Source of the DNA: the human T2T-CHM13v2.0 reference genome, Homo sapiens | DNA length: 64,000 nucleotides | NCBI RefSeq assembly: GCF_009914755.1 | Contig: NC_060947.1 | Direction: 5' to 3' (one strand) | Part shown: piece after piece, positions 28,390 through 42,181 of the stretch | Numbering within the stretch: position 1 is the stretch's first letter | Layout: each line of letters opens with the position of its first letter | The notes under the pieces: generated by a model | Databases searched by the model: none | What the model saw: the letters and a program-made list of their open reading frames with translations, nothing else | What the model was told of the DNA's origin: nothing | Program-made: the position numbers and the translations under genes

Positions 28390-29413
28390 TTACATTTTGG
28401 TTTGTTTTGCAGTGGCTGGTAGTGATTTTTCCTTTCCATATTTAGTGGTTCCTTCAGGAGTTCTTCTAAGGCAGGCCTGGTGGTGACAAAATCCCTCAGC
28501 AATTGCTTGTCTGTAAAGGAGTTTATTTCTCCTTCCCTTATGAAGCTTAGTTTGGCTTCATATGAAATTCGTGGTTGAAAATACTTTTCTTTAAGAATAT
28601 TAAATATTGTCCCCCACTCTCTTCTGGCTTGTAGCATTTCCACAGAGAGATCCACTGTTAGTCTGATGGCCTTCCCTTTGTGGGTAACCATACCTTTCTC
28701 TCTGGCTGCTCTTAACATTTTTTCCTTCATTTCGACCTTGGTGAATCTGACAATTATGTGTCTTGGAGTTGCTCTTCTCGAGGAGTATCTTTGTGGTGTT
28801 CTCTGTATTTCCTGAATTTGAATATTGGCCTGTCTTGTTAGGTTGGGGAAGTTCTCCAGGATAATATCCTGAAGTGTGTTTTCCAACTTGGTTGCATTCT
28901 CCCTGTCACTTTCAAGTATACCAATCAAACGTAGGTTTGGTCTTTTCACATAGTCCCTTATTTGTTGGAGGCTTTGTTCATTCCATTTCATTATTTTTCC
29001 TCTAATCTTGTCTTCAAACTTTATTTCATTAAGTTGATCTTCAATCTCTGGTACCTTTTTTCCACTTGATCAGTTTGGCTATTGATACTTGTGTATGCTT
29101 CACGAAGTTCTCGTGCTGTGTTTTTCAGCTCCACTGGGTCATTTATGTTCTTCTCTAAACTGTTTATTCTAGTTAGCAATTCCTCTAACCTTTTTTCAAG
29201 GTTCTTAGCTTTCTTGCATTGGGTTAGAACATGCTCCTTTACCTCAGAGGAGTTTGTTATTACCCACCTTCTGAAGCGTACTTCTGTCAATTTGTCAAAC
29301 TAATTTTTCCTCCAGTTTTGTTCCCTTGCTGGCAAGGAGTTGTGATCCTTTGGAGGACAAGAGGCATTTTGGTTTTTTGAATTTTCAGCCTTTTTGTGCT
29401 GGCTTTTCCTCTT
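28390..29413 (-). pseudogene. Disrupted L1 ORF1
   Basis: Fragments 'DYVKRPNLRLIG', 'RYSSRRATPRHIIVRF' and 'EELLKEPLNMERKN'. The start codon appears mutated to AAG (29411-29413). Frameshifts. Confidence 0.9.
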
Positions 29414-30120
29414 CTTCGTGGATTTATCTACCTTTCATCTTTGCTGTTGGTGACCTTCGGATGGATTTTTTGCATGGTTGTCTTTTTTATTAATATTGAT
29501 GGTATTGCTTTCTGTTTATTAGTTTTCTTCTAACAGTTAGGCTCCTCTTCTGCAAGTCTGCTGGAGTTTGCTGGGGGTCCACTCCAGACCCTGTTTGCCT
29601 GGATATCACCAGCGGAGGCTGCAGAACAGCAAAGGTTGCTGCCTCCTCCTTCCTCTGGAAGCTTTGTCCCAGAGGGGCACCTGCCAGATGTCAACTAGAA
29701 CTCTCCTGCATGAGGTGTCTGTCGACCCCTGTTGGGAAGTGTCTCACCATCTGGAGACAAGGGGGTCAGGGACCCACTTGAGGAGGCAGTCTGTCCCTTA
29801 GCAGAGCTCGAGCGTTGTGCTGGGAGATCTGCTGTTCTCTTCAGAGCCAGCAGGCAGGAATGTTTAAGTCTGCTGAAGCTGTGCCCACAGCCGCCCCCTC
29901 CCCCAGGTGCTCTGTCTCAGGGAGATGGGAGTTTTATCTATAAGCCCCTGACTGGGGCTGTTGCCTTTCTTTCAGAGATGCCCTGCCCAGAGAGGAGGAA
30001 TCTAGAGAGGTAGTCTGACTACAGCGGCTTTGCAGCACTGCAGTGAGCTCTGCCTAGTCCGAACTTCCTGGCGGCTTTGTTTACCCTGTTAGGGGAGAAC
30101 GGCCTACTCAAGTCTCAGTA

Positions 30121-30339
30121 ATGGCAGACGCCCCTCCCCCAACCAAGCTTGAGCATCCAGAGTCAACTTCAGACTGCTGTGCTGGCAGTGAGAATTTCAA
30201 GCCAGTGGATCTTACCTTGCTGGGCTCTGTGGGGTTGGGATCTGCTGAGCAAGACCACTTGGCTCCCTGGCTTCAGCCCCCTTTCCAGGGGAGTGAACGT
30301 TTCTGTCTTGCTGATGTTCCAGGTGCAACTGGGGTATGA
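30121..30339 (+). other. ORF0-like antisense ORF in L1PA7 5'UTR (72 aa)
   Basis: MADAPPPTKLEHPESTSDCCAG resembles the recalled L1 ORF0 N-terminus (MAGAPPPASLPPCSLISDCCAS). Strong Kozak context gtaATGG. Translation not demonstrated. Confidence 0.6.
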
Positions 30340-30989
30340 AAAAAAAACTCTTGCAGCTAGCTCAGTGTCTGCCCAAATGGCTGCCCAATTTTGTGCTTGA
30401 AACCCAGGGCTCTTGTGGTATAGGCACCCAAGGGAATCTCCTGTTCTGTGGGTTGCAAAGACCATGGGAAAAGCATAGTATCTGGGCTGGATAGCAGCAT
30501 CCCTCACTGCAGGGTCACCCACGGCTTCCCTTGGCTAGGGGAGGGAGTTCCACCACCCCTTGCAAATCCCAGTTTAGGTGACACCCCACCCTGCTTCTGC
30601 TCGCTCTCCATGGGCTGCACTCACTGTCTAACCAGTCCCAATGAAATGAACTGGGTACTTTAGTTGGAAATGCAGAAATCACCCACCTTCTGTGTTGGTC
30701 TCACTGAGAGCTGCAGCCAGAGCTGTTCGTATTCGGCCATCTTGGTAAATCTGTTTTTATCCAAGAAATAATCTGATTCAACCTTTGTCCATTTATAAAA
30801 TGTGATTGTTTCTTCCATTCAATGGATTCATAAGAACAGCATCATAACACGACGCGACGTTTTAATGTATAGCATTTTGGATATGCAATGGGTGAAGTCA
30901 TGTTCTTGAAATACAGCTCTATATGATTAAAAGTACCTGTTGTCACATGGTCTAATCATAAAGAAGATGAAAGAGTGAATCAGTTCTTA

Positions 30990-31210
30990 TTGACACTTAG
31001 TGCATGGACAGGTACTCTGTACATAGCGTTCTGTTAAATGCTTAGGACAACCCAGTGAGGCAAACATAGTTATTACTGATTTAGAGATGGAAAAACTGAA
31101 CCTCACACAGGTTAAGGAATCTGCCTATAGTCATGCAGCTGGTTAAGAGTAGAGCTGGGATTCAAACTCTGGTCTTCCTTATTCTAGCTCCCTGTGCTGT
31201 TTTTACTACA
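30990..31210 (-). mobile_element. MIR SINE
   Basis: 'ttttagagatggaaaaactgaa'-like core, then 'aggttaaggaatctgcctatagtcatgcagctgg...agagctgggattcaaactc'. Confidence 0.8.
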
Positions 31211-32484
31211 TGAAGCAAACTAGGCCTGTCTCCTGATAACAGAATGATAGAGGAGATCCTCTACATTTACAGGCTGTTAAAGTGGTTTATCCAACTCTTG
31301 GCAGTAAACAGATGTAACCAAGTGTGAAAGGACAGGGTAATCAGGGGACACAGAATGGGCAAAGACTGAGTAGGACATATTCAGAGGTATGTTTTATTCA
31401 GCTAATTCATGGCTACTGAATCTTAGACCTGAAGGTAGGTACAACTCAACTCTTTTTGCCTTCCTCAAAAAAGAGGAAGAAAAAAGAGAAAGATCAGTGT
31501 TGAGGAAATATATCACTATGGTATGTAGAATGGTATCTGTTAATTATTTTGGTGTTGTGTCACTCCTGTCACTATCTTACTAGGTGACAGCAGCAGTGTT
31601 TTTATTCAAGATATATGTGTGTAATATTGTTTTCACTGGAAAATAAATAATGGATGCTATAGTCTTATGTCCCCAAGAAAATTTTATAAGTTTTTAATGC
31701 ATTTATCATGCATCCCTACAGATAACTTTCCCCAGGAAAATTCAGCCATCAGTTTTGTCCATGTTGTTAATATATATGACATCCATAATGTTACAGTGTA
31801 GAGTCAGAAAGAGTTCATATTTAAGCTCTTCCATTTATTATTTAGGTGACCATCGTCAATTTACTTAATCTCTCTGAATTTCAACTCCTTCTGTCAAATG
31901 GATCCTAAGAATATTTTATGGGTCTATAATAAAGAGGAAATTAGGAAAAATACATGTACAGATTCTTTTATGTCCTGTTACAGTGTCACATGGCAATTAA
32001 TAAAAGCTAATTCCATTGCTGATAATGACAACACTCCTATAGTAACTTAAGTTACATTAGTTCTGCACTGCTCATATCCAGTTTGGCAGGGCAGCTATTA
32101 TTGTGTATGCATGTGTGTATTGTTTTCACATCTAGAATGTTTATCTCTTGAGGATGGGAAGTGTCAGAAACTGTTTTTGTATCTCTAGGGCCTTCTCATT
32201 GCTTTATTTACTAGCATAGTTACTTGTAATGACTATCACAGGAAAGTTATGTAGCACTTTGAACTAATTTTCAAGATAATTATTAAACAATAACTATGTT
32301 TCTTCTTAGGTATTTTGTCTGTAAGTAGTGAAAGCTATAGGTAGGAGTGTTTATTTCATTATGCCATTTGGTTTGATTAATAGCCTTTTTCTGCAAGAGT
32401 ATTTCTTCAAAGATTTTTTTCAAATATGGGACTATTTAAATCACTAAATTTAAAGATTTTAAGGAAATATAATATTTTAAAACT

Positions 32485-32745
32485 AGCTAGCAAACATTTA
32501 CTGAGTGCTAATAATTTGTCAGATTCTATTCTAAGTCCTTTGGACATATTAAATAATTTAATCCTTACAAACACTGTATGAGGTAGAATATCATTATGAT
32601 TTCCATTTTACAGATAAAGAAACTAAAGCACAGGGAGGTTAAGTAACTTGCCCATGGTCACACAGCTAACATGTAGCAGGGCAGGGAGTCACACATAGTT
32701 AATCCAACTCTAGAATCTCCTATGAGTTTCAGCATTATATTGCCT
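32485..32745 (-). mobile_element. MIR SINE, near full length
   Basis: 'aacatttactgagtgct...ccattttacagataaagaaactaaagcacagggaggttaagtaacttgcccatggtcacacagct'. Confidence 0.88.
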
Positions 32746-34190
32746 CTTAGTGTATGTTGGTGCTAAATTTTTAAGTAAAATGAACTTTGGCTACAGCTAT
32801 CATTATTACTGATTCTTAAATATTATGCATTTATTCTGATAACTGATCTCTTTCACACACCCTGATTAGGATTTTCCAACTGTGATTTGTCCTGCTTCTC
32901 TTAGTTGGGAGTCCATATAGTTTTTACCAACTTTTCATCAAAAGCCATTGCGGGTAGCTTTCTTCATGTATCATCTAATTAAAATATCACTCTGAGACTG
33001 TTCCTACATTTAAAAAACCTTTACTTTTATCTCTCCACATTTTCCGATCTCTTCTTACTATTCTGCTTACATGTAACTGAAGCCCGCAGGAGTCTATTAG
33101 CCTTGTGTAAGCATACCGTTGGCTTGTAATTAGATATGCAGTTGAAACAAAGCAGTTTTTAATTTTTTTTTCAAGAGTATCTCTTTTCCTTTGTCTGCCT
33201 ATGTAGGAATCCATCTACTCTGTTCAGGGTTACTTGAAATTTCTATATCATGCATTAGCAAGTGAACCTCAGCTTTTATACTCTTGGATACATACTGCTT
33301 TAGAAATGTTTTTGTCATACTAATGTAAAAATCAACAGATATGTATTCCTGCCAGGCAAAAAAGGTTTTGAGGATAAATGTAAAGTATTTTCGCTACAGC
33401 CATTTAATTTTTTTGTTTTTGCTTTATTTTTATTTTATTTTTTGATAAATAATCATATATAATTATGGGGCACACAGTGATTGTGATGTTTCAGAAATAT
33501 TATTAAAAGTAGCTAATATCTGATATTTCAAACTCCAGTTGTTCATTGTGGGAGATTTCATTCTATCTGCTTTCACATTGGTTTTCCTTACAAACTTGAG
33601 GCTCTGTTCTTGCCTGTATCTTTCTGAGAAGGAAGATTGAAAAAAAATGGAAGTATTTCCTGAGGAGGTGGCATAATTTCTTTTGAGAATATGATGTATA
33701 GAATGGACAGCTTTCTTCTCTCTACCTTAGACAGATTTTCATGAAGCAAATTGCTTATTTCCCGGGAATAGGTTAGAATTTCCGTTCCTTAGGTGTTCTG
33801 ACTATAGTGCAACTTCAAACTGGAACATTTGAGTTTGAAATTAATTCTTAGGGAAGAATTTCTTCTTGAGGTTCACCAGAAAAAAGGACAGTTTTCCCTT
33901 TCCTTTAAAAACATAGAAACAATGCATTTTCTTATTACCTCAGTCTAATTTCTGTTTTGCTAATTTGGTTCTGCTTTGGATTTCATTGCTTTAAAGGTAT
34001 ATCTATTTATATACATGGGCTCAACATCAGTTGAAAAAAAGTTGATTTTGGCTCCCCTGACAGTTTCATCTTACTCCGTTTTTGTTCTTTTGAATTTCAT
34101 AAATTTACACTTAGGATATTTTAATATATAAAATGAAAATTATAAGAATGATAATTTGTGTAGAAAATATACATCAGATATTCTTTATGA

Positions 34191-34511
<321 letters not shown>

Positions 34512-37208
34512 AAGGTATTGCTGTTTATTTTTGAATGCTGAAACTAATTTTCAGGGAGATCACAAAGAAATCTTTTCATATTTAAATTATAATCATTTTA
34601 TGAAATTGCTTAACTGTATTAAATCTGAATTTGTCTCGTGTAAAGTCATTTGGTTATTTTTTTTAAAGCGAGCCTTCTGAATCATCCACTCAGAGCCAGA
34701 CTGGCTGGGTTAATTAGAAGCAGCTGGTGTGCATATGGTTCTACCAGAAACCTGTAAGAGGTCCACAGAAGAGGTTTGCCCTAGGAGACTCATGAGCAGT
34801 GGCTAGTTGTGCCAAGAGTGTAGCAAGAATTGGTTGAGGACAATTCAGGGAAGTTATTAAATAGTTGGAGCATAAAGACTTCTGTTACTAAAAAAGATTG
34901 TAAGTCAGGTTTTCACACACTGGGTTTTGGCTTATCTACTGAGGATAAGTGACTATTGGGAGAGCCAAATCAATGTAAAAAGGAGAAGAAATCTATGAAG
35001 TTAAGAATCAACATTGCTATGTTTTCTTTGAAATATTTTCCTCTTTGTTCTTTAGACTCTTTAATATTATACAAATATATTCATTATGTTTTGTTGGTTG
35101 GTTGGTTGGTTTTGGTAATCCATTTGGTTTTCTTTATTCATAATCTACAACTCTTTTTATTGGAATCTCAGTTTGCTAACCCAAACAAAGGAACCACTAA
35201 TCTTTTGGTGACAACAACTAAACCAAAGTCACTATCTCTGGAACTAAATAGTTCATTTAAGGCACAGCCTGACCACTCCCTAATGCTAATCCCAACTCCT
35301 AAGTAATTACTGAAGTATTGAAAAGTGTTCTGATTCTATCTTGGTGTATAAAAACTTTCTATTTTCTTCTGCTTATTTGTGATGCCACTCCTCCTTGTTA
35401 TTCAATACATTGCTGAAACTTACTTCTGTAAAATTTTTGTGATTTGATTGAATGAGGACTCCCATGTTACTCAGTCCCTTTTCTATTCTATTCAGACTCC
35501 TTGTCCACGCCGCACCCTTTCTGGTCATTTATCTCTGGGACAGTTTTAATATTCTATTATCTAGCTTGTCCTTTGGCTCTTTGTCTACATTATTATTGGC
35601 TTGATAAAGTCAATTTGCATTCCCTGAACACCCACTACAAAACTTCAGAGAAAAATGGTCCCAAAACTGTGTGGGAAAGACAAGAGGAAATCAGTTATAA
35701 ATATTTTACACACAAACAAATGATTCACTTGCAGTCACTGAGAGTTGCTATTCTCATTCATAGCCTCTGATATAAACATTCACAAAGACTTGTTGATGAA
35801 TAAACATATAAAGAATGCAAAGAGTTGGTAGAATTTCTTATTGATTATTGATTTCCATTTTGCTCTTGGATCTACAACATGGAGGGTAATGCAACCTGTA
35901 CTCTTCTTGAGCACCACGACTATGTCACTGTGCCTAGTCAGGCATTAAATTAAGTCTGTGTAGTCAAGGGTGGTTATTGCTGCAACTCCCTTCCCTCACC
36001 CAACAAGAAAAAGCAAGCTGCTTCTTTGGGTGTTTCCCCTCACTCCTTTTGAAACATTTATCCTCTGGTCCTTTTCTCATCTTTTAATTCCATGAAAACT
36101 TACCTGTCTTCAGTCTCATTCTGACAAGGCTCTAGTATTTGCTGTTGAAAATGGGAAATTAAGTCGAAAATCAATCCCTGTCAATGTTTGCCTTCTTTGA
36201 AAACAGAAAAAAAATGTTGTTAGATTGATCATTGATCACATTAGCTTTATCTTACTCCTACTCCTTCATTCTATAAATATACTTTTCCTAAACCCTAAGA
36301 ATCACTTTTTAACAAATCTATTGTTTTCATTACTGAGGCATTGAATTAGAGTATGACTTTGGGCTTTGATTGAATACTGACTCTCAAAAACCTGTGTAAT
36401 AACACTAAATTGGAGACACAGAGAGGGTCAGTGATTCTCTGTGTTACCTGTTTTATATAACAACTATGTTTGAGCATTGTGATTTTCTTTGTAAAACATA
36501 TCTCCAGGCTAACTAAATGGATTTTAAAAACTGATACTATCAGGAAAAAAAAAAAACATTTAACTTTGGTGTTTAAGTCTCTACAACTTGGCTCCGCCCT
36601 ATGTGGCCAAGTTTATGTCTTCACTATATGTCCTACATTGGTCTTATTCATTACTTCCTAATTGCTTGATGTATTTTTGTAATGACATTTCATTTAGATT
36701 TGAATTTTTTTGACTATGTGTTACATTTTTCCTAATACTCCCAGTTCCTCAAAACTTTGTACAGAGCTAAGCATACTAACAAAATTAAATAAAAAGTTCA
36801 ATATCCCCCACTTAGATGTAATAGAAATTTATGCCACTAATACTGGCACCACTGATACAAAGGTATTATTAAAACTGTTTATTTTCTTCTCTCCCTCACC
36901 TGTCCCAGTTGAAGCCTTACCTAAAATGTTAACAGTGCATTAGAAAAAGTTCTTCTGTGGGTAAAATTTTAGCCACGTTTTCAAAACAAAATAACTTTCT
37001 TAAGTTCCACTGACTTTGATCTCGTCTTCTACAGCCAGACATAACATTGTAGTTGCAGTCATGCTTGGCCTGCTTGTGATGGTGATTAAATTGGATCTAT
37101 GTTACTGTTTATCAAGATGTGACATTAAAGGGTCAGCTGAAAGGGGCTAATGGGATGATCCATTCTGTTTGATAGTGTTTATTATCCACATCAAGAAACA
37201 ACCACATT

Positions 37209-37738
37209 CTACATGTGCACAATGGAGTGCTATTCAGCCATAAAAATAAAGTAATTCTGTCATTTGCAACAACATAGATGGAACTGGAGGTCATTACGTT
37301 AAGTGAAATAAGCCAGGCACAGAAAGACAAACACAGCATGTTCTCACTCATCTGTGGGAGCTAAAAATTGAAACAATTAAACTCATGGAGACAGAGAGTA
37401 GAATGATGGTTACCAGAGGCTGGGTAGGATAGTGGGGGGCTGTGGAGGAGATGGGGATGTTTAATGGGTAAAAAAAAACCCAGAAAGAGTGAATAATATC
37501 TAGTATTTGATAGCATAACAGGGTGACTATAGTCGATAATAATATAATTATACATTTTAAAGTAACAAAGAATATAATTGGATTGTTTGAAACACAAAGG
37601 ATAAATGCTTGAGGTGATGGACACCCCATTTACCCTGATGTTATTATTACACATTGTATGCCTACATCAAAATATCTCATGTACCCCATAAATATACATA
37701 CCTACTATGTACCCACAAAAATTAAAAATTAAAAAAGA
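37209..37738 (+). mobile_element. L1MA2/L1MA3-like 3' fragment
   Basis: ORF2 end plus 3'UTR 'ggataaatgcttgaggtgatggacaccccatttaccctgatg...cccacaaaaattaaaaatt'. TSD aaacaaccacatt at 37196-37208 and 37739-37751. Confidence 0.88.
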
Positions 37739-39963
37739 AAACAACCACATTGACCTATGGGCTATGTTTAAACAGAAATAATGTATCCTATATATGCTGG
37801 CTATGAATATTATTGATTCTATTATTATTTATATACAAGTGAATTAAAATAACTTTTTCAAATATACACAATTCTTTATTTTTTATTTATTTATTTTTTT
37901 ACTTTAAGTTCTGGGATACACGTGCAAAGTGTGCAGGTTTGCTACATAGGTATACGTGTTCCATGGTGATTTGCTGCACATATCAACCCATCATGTAGGT
38001 TTTAAGCCCCACATGCATTAGGTATTTGTCCTAATGCTCTCCATCCTCTTACCCCCTATCCCTAATAATGGCCCCAGTATGTGATGTTCCCCTCCCTGTG
38101 TCCATGTGTTCTAATTGTTCATCTGCCACTTATGAGTGAGAACATGCGGTGTTTGGTTTTCTGTTCCTGTGGGATTATGGCTTCCAGTTTCATTCATGTC
38201 CCTGCAAAGGACATTATCTCATTCTTTTTTATGGGTGCATAGTATTCCATGGTGTATATGTACCACATTTTCTTTATCCAGTCTATCATTGATGGGCATT
38301 TGGGTTGGTTTCATGTCTTTGCTATTGTAAATAATGCTGCAATAAACACATGTGTACATGTGACTTTATACTAGAATGATTTATATTCCTTTGGGTACAT
38401 AGCCAGTAATGGGATTTCTGGGTTGAGTGGTATTTCTGGTTCTAGATCCTTGAGGAATCACCACACTGTCTTCCACAATGGTTGAACTAATTTACACTCC
38501 CACTAGCAGTGTAAAAGCATTCCTATTTTTCCACAGCCTCACCAGCATCTATTGTTTCCTGATTTTTAATGATCACCATTCTGACTGGGGTGAGATGGTA
38601 TCTCACTGTGGTTTTGATTTGCATTTCTCTAATGATCACTGATGATGAGCTTTCTTCATATGTTTGTTGGCTGCATAAATGTCTTCTTTTGAGAAGTGTC
38701 TGTTCATATCCTTTGCCCACTTTTTGATGGGGTTGTTTGTTTTTTTCTTGTAAACTTGTTTAAGTTTCTTATAGATTCTGGATATTAGACCTTTGTCCAA
38801 TGGGTAGATTGCAAAAATTTTCTCCCATTCTGTAGGTTGCTTGTTCACCCTGATGCTAGTTTCTTTTGCTGTGCAGAAGCTCTTTAGTTTAATTAGATCC
38901 CATTTGTCAATTTTGGCTTTTGTTGCCATTGCTTTTGGTGTTTTAGTTATGATGTCTTTGCCCATACCTATGTCCTGAATGGTATTGCCTAGGTTTTCTT
39001 CTAGGGTTTTTATGGTTTTGGGTTTTACATTCAAGTCCTTAACCCATCTTGAGTTAATTTTTGTATAAGGTGTAAGGAAGGGGTCCAGTTTTAGTTTTCT
39101 ACATATGGCTAACCAGTTTTCCCAGGACCATTTATTAAATAGGCAGTCATTTAACCATTGCTTGTTTTTGTCAGGTTTGTTGAAGACCAGTTGGTTGTAA
39201 GTGTATCATGTTATTTCTGAGGTCTCTGTTCTGTTCCATTGGTCTAGATGTCTGTTTTGGTACCACTACTTGCTGTTTTGGTTACTGTAGCCTTGTAGTA
39301 TAGCTTGAAGTCAGGTAGTGTGATGCCTCCAGCTTTGTTCTTTTTGCTTAGAATTTTCTTGGCTATACAAGCTCTTTTTTTGTTCCATATTAAATTTAAA
39401 GTAGTTTTTCTTATTCTGAGAAGAAAGTCAGTGGTAGTTTGATGGGAATAGCATTGAATCTATAAATTACTTTGGGCAGTATGGTCATTTTCACGATATT
39501 GATTTTTCCTATCCATGAGCATGGAATGTTTTTCCATTTGTTTGTGTCCTCCTTTATTTCCTTGAGCAGCAGTTTGTAGTTCTTGATGAGGTCCTTCATT
39601 TCCCTTGTAAGCTGTATGCCTATGTATTTCATTCTCTTTGTAACAATTGTGAATGGGAGTTCATTCATGATTTGGCTCTCCACTTGTTTATTGTTGGTGT
39701 GTAGGAATGCTTGTGATTTTTGCATATTGATTTTGTATCCTGAGACTTTGCTGAAGTTGCTTATCAGCTTATGGTGTTTTGGGGCTGAGACGATGGGGTT
39801 TTCTAAATATACAATCATGTCATCAGTAAACAGAGACAATTTGATTTCCCCTCTTCCTATTCGCATACCCTTTATTTCTTTCTGTTGCTTGATTGTCCTG
39901 GCCAGAACTTCCAATACTATGTTGAATAGGAGTAGTGAGAGAGGGCATCCTTGTCTTCTGCCT

Positions 39964-40319
<356 letters not shown>

Positions 40320-41826
40320 TGAAAGGGAATGCTACTAGATTTTGTTCATTCAGTATGATATTGGCTATGGATTTATCATAAATAGCTCTTATTATTTTGA
40401 GATATGTTCCATCAATACCTAGTTTATTGAGAGTTTTTAGTATGAAGGGATTTGAATTTGAATGGATTTTTATTGAAGGCCTTTTCTGCATCTATTGAGA
40501 TAATCACGTGTTTTTGTCATTGGTTCTGTTTATATGATGGATTACGTTTATTGATTTGCGTATATTGAACCAGCCTTGCATCCCAGGGATGAAGTTGACT
40601 TGATTGTGGTGGATAAGCTTTTTGATATGCTGCTGGACTCAGTTTGCCAGTATTTTTTATTGAGGATATTTGCGTCAATGTTCATCATGGACATTTGCCT
40701 GAAATTTTCTTTTTTTGTTGTGTCTCTGCCAGGTTTTGGTATCAGGATGATGCTGGCCTCATAAAATGAGTTAGGGAGGAGTCCCTCTTTTTCAATTGTT
40801 TGGAGTAGTTTTAGAAGAAATGGCACTAGTTCGTCTTTGTACGTCTGGTAGAATTCAACTGTGAACCTATCTGGTCCTGGGCTTTTTTTGTTTCGTAGGC
40901 TACTAATTACTACCTCAATTTCCGAACTTGTTATTGGTCTATTCAGGGATTTGACTTCTTCCTGGTTTAGTTTTGGGAGGGTGTATGTGTCTGGGAATTT
41001 ATCCATTTCTTCTGGATTTTCTATAGTATTCTCTGATGGTACTTTGTATTTCTGTGAGATCAGTGGTGATATGTCCTTTATCATTTTTTATTGTGTCTCT
41101 TTATTCTTCTCTCTTTTCTTCTTTATTAGTCTAGCTAGCAGTGTATCTATTTTGTTAATTTTTTCTAACAAGCAGCTCCTGGATTCGTTGATTTTTTGGA
41201 ATACTTTTTGTGTCTCTGTCCCCTTCACTTCTGCTCTAATGTTAGTTATTTTTTGTTTTCTGCTAGCTTTTGAATTTGTTTGCTCTTGCTTCTCTAGTTC
41301 TTTTAATTGTGATGTTATGGTGTTGATTTGTGATCTTTTCAAGTTTCTGATGTGGGTATTTAGTGCTATAAATTTCCCTCTTAAAACTGCTTTAGCTGTG
41401 TCCCAGAGATTCTGCTATATTGTCTCTTTGTTCTCATTGGTTTCAAATTACTTCTTGATTTCTGCCTTAATTTTGTTATTTACCTCAGAGTCATTCAGGA
41501 GCAGGTTGTTCAATTTCCATGTAGTCGTGTGGTTTTGGGTGAGTTTCTTAATCCTGTGTTCTAATTTGATTGCACTGTGGTCTGAGAGACTGTTTGTTAT
41601 GATTTCAGTTCTTTTGCATTTGCTGAGGAGTGTTTTACTTCCAATAATGTGGTCAGTTTTACAATAAGTGCCATGCAACACTGAGAAGAATGTGTATTCT
41701 GTCAATTTGGGGTGGACAGTTGTGTAGATGTCTACTAGGCCCACTTGATCCACACCTGAGTTCAAGTACTGAATATCCTTGTTGATTATCTGTCTCATTG
41801 ATCTAATATTGACAGTGGGATGTTAA

Positions 41827-42181
<355 letters not shown>

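Larger units (their letters stand above)
22406..30744 (-). mobile_element. Near full-length L1PA7-like LINE-1 (inactive) with two nested insertions
   Basis: Contains a 5'UTR with YY1 motif (cggccatcttg, 30734-30744), ORF1 and ORF2 remnants, 3'UTR and T-tract. TSD gtaaatctgttttt at 22392-22405 and 30745-30758. Confidence 0.93.

Noticed and set aside
28347-28991. 214-aa ORF1 fragment as a functional L1 protein
   Set aside because: The N-terminal coiled-coil part is in other frames, the start codon is mutated and the C-terminus is frameshifted.
40861-41667. Longest ORF in the track (268 aa, hydrophobic, membrane-protein-like)
   Set aside because: It lies exactly antisense to A-rich L1 ORF2, which routinely gives long F/L/S/I-rich frames. 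It starts at GTG, not ATG.
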